From assembly GCA_964449275.1 (NCBI GenBank), contig CAYVAM010000002.1, positions 1-62,231 of the forward strand: DNA of 62,231 nucleotides. The letters run 5' to 3'. This document shows positions 41,613 through 50,797 of the stretch, one piece after another. The stretch's first letter is position 1. The number at the start of each line of letters is the position of its first letter. A program made the position numbers and the translations under genes. The notes beneath the pieces are model-generated. The model did not search any database. It was given only the letters and a program-made list of their open reading frames with translations, and was not told where the DNA came from. Origin of the DNA: an uncultured Anaerolineales bacterium (GTDB lineage Bacteria > Planctomycetota > Phycisphaerae > FEN-1346).

Positions 41613-43070
41613 CTATTCTTGCTTCGCCGCGTCGCCGTACACCACGAGCGCCGGCAGGCGCTCCCTCGTGCCGCCATCGTCCGCACCTTCCGGCAGCGGG
41701 TCGTGGAACCACGCCAACAGAAACGGCCCATCGCCCTCGCGTCGGTCGCTGTCCCACCACTTCAGGCTGCGGCCTGCGTAGGCGACGTCCGGCTCATCGC
41801 TCGCCTGCCACTGGACGGCCCAGGCGTCGAGGGTCTGCGACCGGCCGCCCGCGTCCGTCCCGCGAAGCCCCTCCACGCGCACGGCGTTGATGCAGTCGGG
41901 CCTATCCGCCAGCGTTCTGAGCGCTTCCACGGATACGTCATCGACCGGCAGTCCGAAGGGTGGATCAACCGTGTCGAGGATGTGCAGCAGGACCTGCCTT
42001 GCATGCGACTCGACCCGCTCTTGCGCTTGGCAAACAAGCGTGAACTGCCGCCGGAAAAGGTCCCGGGCCTCCGCGAGCACCGGCCAGGGAAGGGGCGTGA
42101 CGCCCGGTTGCCCCAGCCGGTAGCAGGCGTGAGCCGCTCCACGTGATCGGAGGTGGACGACGTGCTCCAGCGCCGCGGGCGCCCTCAGTCTTGGAATTGT
42201 GGATGCAGCGACTGCCGTGGCTGGAAACGGATTCACGTAGAAGATGCGCGCGTCCTGAAGCGTGGCGCTGTTGGCGGGCGCCAGCAGCCAGATGCAAGTG
42301 GTCGCGCCTGCCGCCAGCAGCGCCATGCATCCCGCCACAAAGAGCGCGCCTCGCCGATGAACGAGCACGCCGCCGGCCACTACGGCCACAACGAACAGGC
42401 CCAGCCATAGCCACAGCCGTTGGCGGTCCCCGGCTCTGCGGGAGTGTGAATCGAAAAGTCCGTACATGGCGGGCTGAATGGCCCCGTCCACGCCGCCCGG
42501 GAACGGAGCGTACTTCAGGTTGCCGGGATAGGAAAGGGAGTTATTGATCCGACACGCCCGCCCACCGGGAAGCCGCAGGTCCCTGTCCACGACAACAACG
42601 TCCAAAACTCCGCAACGCAACGCTTGGCCCAGGTCCTCCGCCGAAATCCACAAAGGCTGAGGAACGACCTCGTAAATGGTGTTGGGCAGGCCCTTCTGGA
42701 TGGCGACCAGCGCCTTGCCTTCGGGAAGCGAACGGACCTGCGGCAGCGTGGCTTTTGCGCGGGCGACGCGGTTGCCGTCGGCGTCGCGGAACTCAACCGC
42801 CGGCGCCAAGTCGGCGCCCGTGTAGAATACCGGCAGGACCTTGGCGTCCGTCTCGCCGGGCGCCAGGCGCCACTCGGAGCGCACGTCCACCGGCCCGCCC
42901 GTCGTCACGAACACCTCGGCGATCTCTTTGCCCGTCCGGTTGGTCACCGTGAACGTCACCGGCACGTACGCGCCCACGCAGGCGAGGCCGTCGGTGATGT
43001 CGAGGGAGGCGGTGACCTCGACCTCTTGGGCAAGCGCGAGTGGCGCCATCAGAAGGAGGGCGAGCAGCAT
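41613..43070 (-). CDS. hypothetical secreted/membrane protein
   Basis: Start ATG 43070 (MLLALLLMAPLALAQE signal). Two central TM helices (LWLWLGLFVVAVVAGGVLV, LFVAGCMALLAAGATTCIWLL). No recognisable domain. Confidence 0.45.
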   Translation of the reverse strand: MLLALLLMAPLALAQEVEVTASLDITDGLACVGAYVPVTFTVTNRTGKEIAEVFVTTGGPVDVRSEWRLAPGETDAKVLPVFYTGADLAPAVEFRDADGNRVARAKATLPQVRSLPEGKALVAIQKGLPNTIYEVVPQPLWISAEDLGQALRCGVLDVVVVDRDLRLPGGRACRINNSLSYPGNLKYAPFPGGVDGAIQPAMYGLFDSHSRRAGDRQRLWLWLGLFVVAVVAGGVLVHRRGALFVAGCMALLAAGATTCIWLLAPANSATLQDARIFYVNPFPATAVAASTIPRLRAPAALEHVVHLRSRGAAHACYRLGQPGVTPLPWPVLAEARDLFRRQFTLVCQAQERVESHARQVLLHILDTVDPPFGLPVDDVSVEALRTLADRPDCINAVRVEGLRGTDAGGRSQTLDAWAVQWQASDEPDVAYAGRSLKWWDSDRREGDGPFLLAWFHDPLPEGADDGGTRERLPALVVYGDAAKQE

Positions 43071-43192
43071 GGTGGCCGGGGCGCGCCCCGGCGCTTTGGT
43101 AGGAGTGTGCCTCCACGCGGATGATTGCCGGGGCACGCCCCGGCCTACATGCGGTGAGGATGGTGGCCGGGGCGTGCCCCGGCCTACAGTGG
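43069..43192. repeat. three family B units (GCCGGGGC-RY-GCCCCGGCCTAC)
   Basis: ggccggggcgcgccccggcg, gccggggcacgccccggcctaca and ggccggggcgtgccccggcctaca, between two minus-strand genes. Confidence 0.65.
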
Positions 43193-43195
43193 CGC

Positions 43196-45166
43196 TCATG
43201 GTACGCCTCCGGTTGTCTCCAGGACGCGCCAAATGTGAATTGCGGCAGCGACGGACCAGGCCTGGGCGATGCAGCCGCCGGGGTGGTGTGGCGGGTCGCC
43301 GTCGAAGACCTCGCTTAGAAAGCCCAGCCCGGCCTCGTCCATCGAATCCAGGAGGTCCTCCAGAATCTGGCCCGCCTCGGCGCGGGCGCGATCGCGCGGC
43401 TCCACCTTAAAGAGGGCGTCCACGTACGGCCCCAGCAGCCACGGCCACGCCGTCCCCTGATGGTAGGCCGCATCCCGCTCGTCGGGGCCGCCGCCGTACA
43501 TCCCTTTATACGAGGGATGGCCGGGCGCGAGCGTCCGAAGGCCGCGCGGCGTCAGGAGTTTCGCACAGACCGTCCGGACGACCGACCTGGCGCGCTTCCC
43601 CGTAAGCGGCGCATACGGCAGGCCGACGGCGAAAATCTGATTCGGCCGCACCGCCCCGTCGCGCCGCCCGTCCGGGAAGACGCAATCATAGAGGCACGCG
43701 GTCTCGTCGTTCCAGAAGAGTTTCTCGAAGGCGTCGCCGGCCCGCCGGCGCAGGGCGCAGGGCGCGGGCGGCTCTTCGCCGAGCGCGAGCGCCATCTCCT
43801 CCATGAGCGCAAGACCGGACAGCCACAGGGCCTGGACCTCGACCGGTTTACCGTAGCGCGGCGTGACGGGAAGGCCGCCTGAGGTCCGCGCGTCCATCCA
43901 CGTCAGTTGCGTATCCTCCGAACCCGCTGCGATGAGACCGTTTGAGTCGGCGTGGATGCCGAACCGCGTGCCGGCGGCGTAGCGCTCGACGATCTCGCAA
44001 GCGGCGGGCCAGAGGTCTGTGCGCAGGCGCGCGGCGTCGCCTCCCTGCCGGACGTACGCGGCGAGGGCCTGGAGGTACCACAGGCTGGCGTCGACGGTGT
44101 TATACGCCGCCTCGCCCGTCTCCTCGTCGAAACGGTTGGGAATCATCCCCTCGCTCGCGGCCGAGGCGAAGGCCTTGAGGACGCTCTCGGCCACGCCCAG
44201 CCGCCCCGTCTCGATGGCCAGGCCCGGCAGGGCGATCATGGCATCGCGGCCCCAGTCGCCGAACCAGGGGTAACCTGCGATGACGGTCCGGAGTTCCTCG
44301 CCGCCCGCGCGGCGCGTGACGAGAAAGGCGTCGGCGGCGCGGAAGAGGCCCGAGAAGGTGTCAGGCGCCTCGTCGGACGTGCCAGGGCGGATGGAAGTAT
44401 CCCGCCGCTTCCGCGGCGGGCTCGCTAAGGCCGACCCCGGCGGGGCGAAGGAACAGCACAAGCGAAACTCGCCGGCGCCCGTGCCGCGGAGGGTCCAGCG
44501 GCCGGGGGCGAGCAGGTCCTGGGTGAAGTCGTACCCGCGCCGGCGCTCGACGCGGAGCAAAACGCCCTCGTACCACGTGGGGTCCACGTTCGCAGCCGCC
44601 TCTGCCGCCTCGGCCCACAGGAAGACGCCGGGCAGACGCTCGGAGAGCACGTGGAAACCGCAGGCGTCGTCGGTGGGTTCGACGCGTACCGTCTCGCGGG
44701 CGTGCCCCAGGTCGTGCATCGACCGGAGGGCAAGCATCGGCGCAAGGTCGAGCGTCCAGTCGCCGTCGGCCTGGACCTCGTAGGCGATGCAAACGCCGCC
44801 GCCTTCCGAGAGCAGAACGACGTGGCGTGCGACCGTCACGCCGCCGGCGCGGGAGACGAGTTGCGGGAGGGGTTCCGCGTCGAACCGCTCCGCCACGGCG
44901 GCCCCGTCGGGATGGAAGCCGCCCGCGTACTCGGTGGTGGAGAGCCAGGTCTCATGGCCGGCGGCGATAAGCCGCTCGTCGATGTGCGAGAGGACCACGT
45001 GCCGCGCGAGCGGCGGCGCGAGCGCCGGTACCCACAGGCCGTGGTAGCGGCGCGTCGGGCACGCGAGGACGGTGGAGGAGGCGTAGCCTCCCGCGCCGTC
45101 GGCGAGGAGCCACTCTTTCGTGAGGGCCCGGTCGAGGTTGCGCAGGTCAGCGGCGTCGAGGGGCAA
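43196..45166 (-). CDS. glycogen debranching enzyme (amylo-alpha-1,6-glucosidase, GDE_N/GDE_C type)
   Basis: N-terminus KEWLLADGAGGYASSTVLACPTRRYHGLWV. C-terminal six-hairpin block GYPWFGDWGRDAMIALPGL...IPNRFDE...WPWLLGPY. Confidence 0.85.
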   Translation of the reverse strand: MPLDAADLRNLDRALTKEWLLADGAGGYASSTVLACPTRRYHGLWVPALAPPLARHVVLSHIDERLIAAGHETWLSTTEYAGGFHPDGAAVAERFDAEPLPQLVSRAGGVTVARHVVLLSEGGGVCIAYEVQADGDWTLDLAPMLALRSMHDLGHARETVRVEPTDDACGFHVLSERLPGVFLWAEAAEAAANVDPTWYEGVLLRVERRRGYDFTQDLLAPGRWTLRGTGAGEFRLCCSFAPPGSALASPPRKRRDTSIRPGTSDEAPDTFSGLFRAADAFLVTRRAGGEELRTVIAGYPWFGDWGRDAMIALPGLAIETGRLGVAESVLKAFASAASEGMIPNRFDEETGEAAYNTVDASLWYLQALAAYVRQGGDAARLRTDLWPAACEIVERYAAGTRFGIHADSNGLIAAGSEDTQLTWMDARTSGGLPVTPRYGKPVEVQALWLSGLALMEEMALALGEEPPAPCALRRRAGDAFEKLFWNDETACLYDCVFPDGRRDGAVRPNQIFAVGLPYAPLTGKRARSVVRTVCAKLLTPRGLRTLAPGHPSYKGMYGGGPDERDAAYHQGTAWPWLLGPYVDALFKVEPRDRARAEAGQILEDLLDSMDEAGLGFLSEVFDGDPPHHPGGCIAQAWSVAAAIHIWRVLETTGGVP

Positions 45167-45233
45167 AGGTTATTGCCTTTCGATGGCACGCGCGGGGCGA
45201 AAGCACGGCCAGCCAAGACCGGCCGTGGCACAC

Positions 45234-47624
45234 TCACGAGTTAGATTCAGCGCTGTCGGCGTCGGTGACGTTGCCCTCGTCGCTGTCGCCTTCGTCGCCG
45301 CCGGGTTCGACGTTGATTTGGATGGCGCCGATGGGGCAGTAGGTAACGCACTCGCGGCACAGGACGCAGGCGGCGAGCCGGCGGAGGCTGATGTAGGACT
45401 TGTCGTTGCACATCTGGAAGACCTTCGGCTGGCACCGCGCCAGGCACACGCCGCACCCCAGGCAGTCGCGCGTATTGACCGAGAGGGTAATCCGCCGCCC
45501 GTCGTCGTTGAAGGTGCCGACGCTCACGAGGTCGGGTGTCTGTTCGTCGATCTCGAAGACCTCGTGGGCCTGCTGCCAGGAATGGCTGCGTATCTGGTGC
45601 CTCCCGCCGCGGTCCATCCGGAAGATGCTCCGCCCGCACGTCGGGCATCGGTGCAAATCTTCGAGTTTCTGAAGGTACTTGATCAGCGTGAGCGCGAACG
45701 TGCCGTGGCTCCACGTCAGGGGACTCACGGAGAGCGGCTGGTTGGTGTACGGGTCCACCTGCTCGGCCAGGACGCCGGACGGGAGAGCGTGCCCCGCGAC
45801 CCACTCGAAGATGGGCACCGCCTCTTTGAGTTCCTCGACGGTCGAGCCGCGCGCGATGTAGTAATCCGCCATCCAGATCGTGCAGACGAACCACGGGTTG
45901 CCCGGCACGCCGCGCCGGTCGGCCGAAACCCGGTAGTAGGTGTCGTTCTCGTATCGGGCGATGCCGCCGACCGGCGTGTTGACCCACAGGGCGCGGGCGA
46001 CGGCGTCCATGGTGGCGGCCACGCGGGGGTCGGTGGCCTCGAAGGCGTGGAACTTGAAGACGGCGAAGAGGCTGGCGTCGATGGTGGCGTCGGCCTCCAT
46101 CCGGCCGTTCTCATCGGGGACGAGGCGTCGGAGAAAGCGGCCGTGCTCGTCGCTCCAGAGGTGTTCGGCCAACCCGGCACGGACCTCTTCGGCTGCGCGG
46201 TCGTACTTCTCGGCCAGGGCCACGTTGCCGAAGACGCGGGCGAAGTTGCGGGCCGCCACCAGCCCCCCGTAGACGGTGGCACACGTGTACGTGTGGATGC
46301 CGTATCGCTCTTCCCACAGGTCGTAGGACGGTTTGGGCAGGCCGGTCTCGGGGTCGCGGAAATCGACCATGAAATCGGCGGCCTTCAGGATAAGCGAATG
46401 ATACAGCGGCCGCACATACTCGACGTCCTTGTACAGCCAGAAGTGCCGCCACAGCGCCCACAGGACCAGGGCCGTCTGGTCTTCCTGGATGGGAAGCCGC
46501 TGCTTGCCGTCCACCATCCATGGGTGCCAGGAGGATGCGGGCGTCCCGTCGGGGTTGTACTTGTGCAGGAGGTAGCCCTCTTCGGTCAGGAGGTCGCGGC
46601 ACTGGGTGTAGAAGCGTCGGCTGATGTTCGGGAATCCCGCCAGGTCGAGGGCGTGGCAGGCCAAGGCGGCATCGCGCGGCCACATGTAGGAGTAGGTGTC
46701 GCGCGAGAACTGGAGGACGTCGCTGTCGTTGGCGGCGATGACGGCCCCGCGGTTGTCGATCTGCGTCCGGATGATCAGCAGGCTGCGTTTGAAGAGGTCC
46801 TGGACGGCCTGCGGCAGGTTGCCGAAGTTGTAGGCCGGGCCGTTGACCCACGCCCGCCAGTAGCAGATCGTCCGCTCCAGCATCATCGCCGGGGTGCGGT
46901 CCTTGAGCACACCGTAGAGTTCGCGGAGTTCCTCGTACGACTGGGCGACCACGAGGTAGTAATAAAACGTCTCCTCGCCGCCGGCATCGAGCGTCACGGC
47001 GATGCCGATGGTTGAATCAACTGCCCCCTGGCTGATGGGGTTGCCCGAAAGGCATCCGTCTTCGGCGTCGCGCCAGGTGCCTTCGGCCCCGCGAAACCCG
47101 CACGTGCCGGTGGCGAACATCTCGACGCCGTGGCGGTCGCGACCGTCTTCGGTGCGGCAGAAGCCGACCAGGGCGTAGCGGGCGCCGCGGTAATGGACAA
47201 CGGCACTGAGGCGCGGGTCGTAGTAGGCGGTATCGCCGACCTTGGCCCCGTACATCGAGAGGTCCTGCTGGAAGAACAGGCGGATCTCGCGGGGGTGGTC
47301 GGCCCGGTTCGTCACCCGGACCTTGCGGACGTAGACGTTGCGGTTGAAGTCCACGGCGTCGTTGCACTCGAGGTGCACACCCATCTCTTCATGGGTGAGC
47401 GTGACGTCGGTGGCGAGCGTCTCGGCGAGGTAAAGGAGTTGCTTCTGCCACCCCTCGTCGGTGGTCCAGGCGAGGCGCCCGTCGGCCCAGACGCCGAAGC
47501 GGCAGGGCCCCCACCCGGCGTGGTTTTCCTGGCCGACATACGGGAAGTAGACGTCGCGGATCTGGTAATCGGCATCGAACGCGATGAGCAGGTTGCCGTT
47601 GCCCACGGGAATGTCGCGCGGCAC
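45234..47624 (-). CDS. GH15 glucoamylase/glucodextranase-like enzyme fused to a C-terminal Cys-pair + 2x[4Fe-4S] ferredoxin domain
   Basis: GTG start 47624 (GGAGAC upstream) gives MPRDIPVGNGNLLIAFD, the usual GH15 N-terminus. Catalytic region YSYMWPRDAA...LWEE. The C-terminal about 150 aa contain CPTC, CLGCGVCLARC and CVLCRECVTYCP, then an acidic tail. Confidence 0.75.
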   Translation of the reverse strand: MPRDIPVGNGNLLIAFDADYQIRDVYFPYVGQENHAGWGPCRFGVWADGRLAWTTDEGWQKQLLYLAETLATDVTLTHEEMGVHLECNDAVDFNRNVYVRKVRVTNRADHPREIRLFFQQDLSMYGAKVGDTAYYDPRLSAVVHYRGARYALVGFCRTEDGRDRHGVEMFATGTCGFRGAEGTWRDAEDGCLSGNPISQGAVDSTIGIAVTLDAGGEETFYYYLVVAQSYEELRELYGVLKDRTPAMMLERTICYWRAWVNGPAYNFGNLPQAVQDLFKRSLLIIRTQIDNRGAVIAANDSDVLQFSRDTYSYMWPRDAALACHALDLAGFPNISRRFYTQCRDLLTEEGYLLHKYNPDGTPASSWHPWMVDGKQRLPIQEDQTALVLWALWRHFWLYKDVEYVRPLYHSLILKAADFMVDFRDPETGLPKPSYDLWEERYGIHTYTCATVYGGLVAARNFARVFGNVALAEKYDRAAEEVRAGLAEHLWSDEHGRFLRRLVPDENGRMEADATIDASLFAVFKFHAFEATDPRVAATMDAVARALWVNTPVGGIARYENDTYYRVSADRRGVPGNPWFVCTIWMADYYIARGSTVEELKEAVPIFEWVAGHALPSGVLAEQVDPYTNQPLSVSPLTWSHGTFALTLIKYLQKLEDLHRCPTCGRSIFRMDRGGRHQIRSHSWQQAHEVFEIDEQTPDLVSVGTFNDDGRRITLSVNTRDCLGCGVCLARCQPKVFQMCNDKSYISLRRLAACVLCRECVTYCPIGAIQINVEPGGDEGDSDEGNVTDADSAESNS

Positions 47625-47826
47625 GTTCTGTCTCCGACACCTGGGGCCACCACTACTGTGCGAAGCAGCGCTTTCATCCTTCGCACGAGCGCCGCTGCGG
47701 AGAACGCTCCGCCTGCGCAGGACCAGCCCGCGCGGGATTATACGGGCGGCAACCGGACAATGCAACGGCCATGGGGGCCGGCTCGGCGCGGCGCGGTCAG
47801 CCAAATCCGCCCGGGCGCCACCACCG

Positions 47827-47903
47827 CTCGCTTACGCTCGCGGCTAGTTACACTCGCGCCCGACCAGCCACGTGAGAAAACTAGCCGCGCACGTAAGTAA
47901 GCG
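47827..47903. repeat. large imperfect inverted repeat built from family C units
   Basis: Left arm ctcgcttacgctcgcggctagtt, right arm aactagccgcgcacgtaagtaagcg, about 30-nt loop. The left arm is an exact inverted copy of window positions 1-21. Confidence 0.55.
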
Positions 47904-47968
47904 GCGCAACCACTTGGGCTACGAGCCCAATCAGGTCTCGCCACGGCATGCACACGCAAACGTGGGCA

Positions 47969-47998
47969 TGGCACCCACCGTTTCACGTGCGACAGAAC
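47969..47998. repeat. solo terminal fragment of MITE-like element F (inverted)
   Basis: The reverse complement gttctgtcgcacgtgaaacggtgggtgcca matches the first about 30 nt of the elements at 27454 and 59109. Confidence 0.6.
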
Positions 47999-48087
47999 GC
48001 CAGGCGGCGATTGTCCCTTGAGGGCCGGTCGCCGTCTGGCCGATACACCCGTGGCGGCGACGCGCGCCGTCGGCAGGGGAATCTCGC

Positions 48088-49920
48088 ATGTGCGGCGTCG
48101 TCGGATACATCGGAAACAAGCAGGCCTACCCCATTCTGCTGGAAGGCCTGAAGCGTCTGGAGTATCGCGGCTACGATTCGGCCGGGATCGCGCTGCGGCA
48201 GGACGACGGTGGCCGGCTCACCGTCGTCAAGACGAAGGGGCGGATCAGCGGCCTCGAGACGCTCATGCAAGGCCGCGACACGTCCGGGACGCTCGGCATC
48301 GCCCATACGCGATGGGCTACCCACGGGGCACCTAACGACGCGAACGCTCACCCGCACGTCGACGGTTCGGGGCGGCTGGCGGTCGTCCACAACGGCATCA
48401 TCGAGAACTGGGCGGCGCTCAGGCAACTGCTGGAGAGCGAGGGCGCCCGGTTCCGAAGCGACACCGACACCGAGGTCCTCGTGCACCTGTTCGCACGGTA
48501 CTACGAGGGCGACCTCGAAAAGTGTGTCCAGCGGGGTCTCCAGGAGGTCCGCGGCGCCTATGGCATCGCCGTCGTCCACGCCGCCGAGCCGGACGTCCTG
48601 GTCGCGGCCCGTAACGGTTCGCCCCTGATTTTGGGCGTCGGCGAGGGCGAGTACATCGTTGCCAGCGACGCCTCGGCCATCATCGAGCACACGCCGAACG
48701 TTATCTACCTGGAGGACCGCGAGATGGCCACCGTGCGGCGCGACGGGCTTCGCACCGCCACCATCGACGCCGTGCCGACCCACAAGGAAATCCAGCAGGT
48801 CGAATGGACGCTGGAGGAGATAGAGAAGAAGGGCTACCCGCACTTCATGCTCAAGGAGATCGTGGAGCAGCCGGAGAGCGTGGCCGACACGATGCGCGGG
48901 CGTCTCGATGCCGCCGCCGCCGAAGTCCACCTCGGCGGCATCAGCGACATCGCCAAGCAGTTGGCGCACGCGCGGCGGGTGATCCTGACGGCGTGCGGGA
49001 CGGCCTGGCACGCGGGGCTCGTGGGCGAGTTCCTCTTTGAGGACCTCGCACGCATCCCCACCGAGGTCGAGTACGCCAGCGAGTTCCGTTACCGCAACCC
49101 CATCATCGACGAGGGCACGGTCGTCGTCTGTATCAGCCAGAGCGGCGAGACGGCCGACACCCTGGCCGCCATGCGCGAGGCACGGCTCAAGGGCGCGCTG
49201 GCCCTGGGCATCGTCAACGTGGTCGGCAGCACCATTGCCCGCGAGACCGACGCCGGGGTGTATCTGCACTGCGGGCCGGAGATCGGCGTCGCCTCGACCA
49301 AGGCGTTCACCAGCCAGTTGGTGGTCCTCATCATGACGGCGATGTTTCTGGGCCGGCGGCGTCACCTGGCCCCGCAGGAGGCACGCGAGATCATCAAGGG
49401 CCTCGAGTCTGTGCCCGAGCAGGTGCGCGGCGTGCTGGGGCTGAACGAGCAGATTCGAGAGGTCGCCGCCGCCTACAAGGACTGCCCGAACTGGCTGTAC
49501 CTGGGTCGCGGCATCAACTACCCGGTGGCGTTGGATGGCGCGCTGAAACTGAAGGAGATCTCTTATGTCCATGCCGAAGGTCTGCCGGCCGCCGAGATGA
49601 AACACGGCCCCATCGCGCTGATCACCGAGGAGATGCCGGTCGTGTTCCTCGCCAACCGCGGCCTTCAGTACGAGAAAGTGCTCTCGAACATGGAGGAGGT
49701 CCGCAGCCGCGGCGGCCAGGTCATCGCCGTGGCCACAGAAGGCGATACCGAGATCCGGCGCCTCGCCAAACACGTCCTCTACGTGCCCGACGTGCCGGAG
49801 CCGTTCCAGCCGATCCTGAACGTCGTGCCGCTGCAACTGCTCGCCTACCACGTGGCCGTCCTTCGCGGCTGCGCCGTCGATAAACCGCGCAACCTGGCCA
49901 AGAGCGTGACGGTGGAGTGA
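48088..49920 (+). CDS. glmS: glutamine--fructose-6-phosphate aminotransferase
   Basis: MCGVVGYIG N-terminal nucleophile Cys, RGYDSAGIA, HTRWATHG, two SIS domains, C-terminal NLAKSVTVE. Confidence 0.95.
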   Translation: MCGVVGYIGNKQAYPILLEGLKRLEYRGYDSAGIALRQDDGGRLTVVKTKGRISGLETLMQGRDTSGTLGIAHTRWATHGAPNDANAHPHVDGSGRLAVVHNGIIENWAALRQLLESEGARFRSDTDTEVLVHLFARYYEGDLEKCVQRGLQEVRGAYGIAVVHAAEPDVLVAARNGSPLILGVGEGEYIVASDASAIIEHTPNVIYLEDREMATVRRDGLRTATIDAVPTHKEIQQVEWTLEEIEKKGYPHFMLKEIVEQPESVADTMRGRLDAAAAEVHLGGISDIAKQLAHARRVILTACGTAWHAGLVGEFLFEDLARIPTEVEYASEFRYRNPIIDEGTVVVCISQSGETADTLAAMREARLKGALALGIVNVVGSTIARETDAGVYLHCGPEIGVASTKAFTSQLVVLIMTAMFLGRRRHLAPQEAREIIKGLESVPEQVRGVLGLNEQIREVAAAYKDCPNWLYLGRGINYPVALDGALKLKEISYVHAEGLPAAEMKHGPIALITEEMPVVFLANRGLQYEKVLSNMEEVRSRGGQVIAVATEGDTEIRRLAKHVLYVPDVPEPFQPILNVVPLQLLAYHVAVLRGCAVDKPRNLAKSVTVE

Positions 49921-49984
49921 CTCATTTCGGATTTCGGAATGCGGATTGAACGGCGGACAACGGCAACGGACCCAAGTGTTAGCC

Positions 49985-50000
49985 GCCGGGCTTGCCCGGC
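49985..50000. terminator. weak GC hairpin between convergent glmS and yebC
   Basis: gccgggcttgcccggc. Short stem and no clear U-run. Confidence 0.2.
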
Positions 50001-50034
50001 GCGCGGCAAGTGGACAGGACTTACCTAAAACCGG

Positions 50035-50787
50035 TTACCCCGCCTGGAGTTTTTCGAGGACTTCGGGGGCCACGTCGAAGTTGGAGTGGACTTTCTGGAC
50101 GTCGTCGTGGTCTTCGAGGTCTTCGAGCAGCGCCAGGACCTTGCGTGCGTCGTTCTCGCCGAGGGAGATGTAGTTCTGCGGCACCTGCGAGACTTCGGCC
50201 TGCTCGATGGGGATGCCGGCGTCTTGAAGGGCAGTCTTGACGTTCTCGAAGGCGTCGGGTGGGGCGAGCACGTCGAACCCGTCGTCGGTCTCGGCGAGGT
50301 CGTCGGCGCCGGCCGAGAGGGCGATGTCCATCAGTTGTTCCTCATCGTCGAAGCCGGTCACGGTGACGACGCCTTTCTGGGAGAACATCCAGGCGACGCA
50401 TCCGGGCTGGCCCAGGTTGCCGCTGTGGCGTTCGAAGAGTTTGCCGACGTCGCTGGAGGTCCGATTGCGGTTGTCGGTCATGGCTTCGGCGAGGATGGCA
50501 ACGCCGCCGGGCCCGTAGCCCTCGTAGAGGACCTCTTCAATCTGTCTGCCGTCATCGAGTTCGCCGGTGCCCTTCTTGATGGCCCGCTCAATGTTGGCGT
50601 TGGGCATGTTGGCGGATCGTGCCTCGTCGATGGCGTAGCGGAGTCGTAGGTTCATGTCGGGGTCGCCGCCGCCCGTCTTGGCTGCCACGGTGATGGCCTT
50701 GGCGCATTTTGAGAACACCTTGCCGCGCTTGGCGTCGGCCGCGCCCTTCTTCCGCTTGATGGTGGACCAGTGAGAATGACCGGACAT
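50035..50787 (-). CDS. yebC: YebC/PmpR family DNA-binding transcriptional regulator
   Basis: MSGHSHWSTIKRKKGAADAKRGKVFSK...YEGYGPGGVAI is the canonical family sequence. Confidence 0.9.
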   Translation of the reverse strand: MSGHSHWSTIKRKKGAADAKRGKVFSKCAKAITVAAKTGGGDPDMNLRLRYAIDEARSANMPNANIERAIKKGTGELDDGRQIEEVLYEGYGPGGVAILAEAMTDNRNRTSSDVGKLFERHSGNLGQPGCVAWMFSQKGVVTVTGFDDEEQLMDIALSAGADDLAETDDGFDVLAPPDAFENVKTALQDAGIPIEQAEVSQVPQNYISLGENDARKVLALLEDLEDHDDVQKVHSNFDVAPEVLEKLQAG

Positions 50788-50797
50788 GGCGTGGCTC

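Noticed and set aside
47900-48087. Possible glmS ribozyme upstream of glmS
   Set aside because: Only a trivial resemblance (agaacgccagg) to the ribozyme core. I could not trace the conserved pseudoknotted core elements. The ribozyme is also mainly a Firmicutes feature. Needs an Infernal scan to exclude formally.
47983-49851. 622-aa minus-strand ORF
   Set aside because: Antisense to glmS, which is unmistakable.
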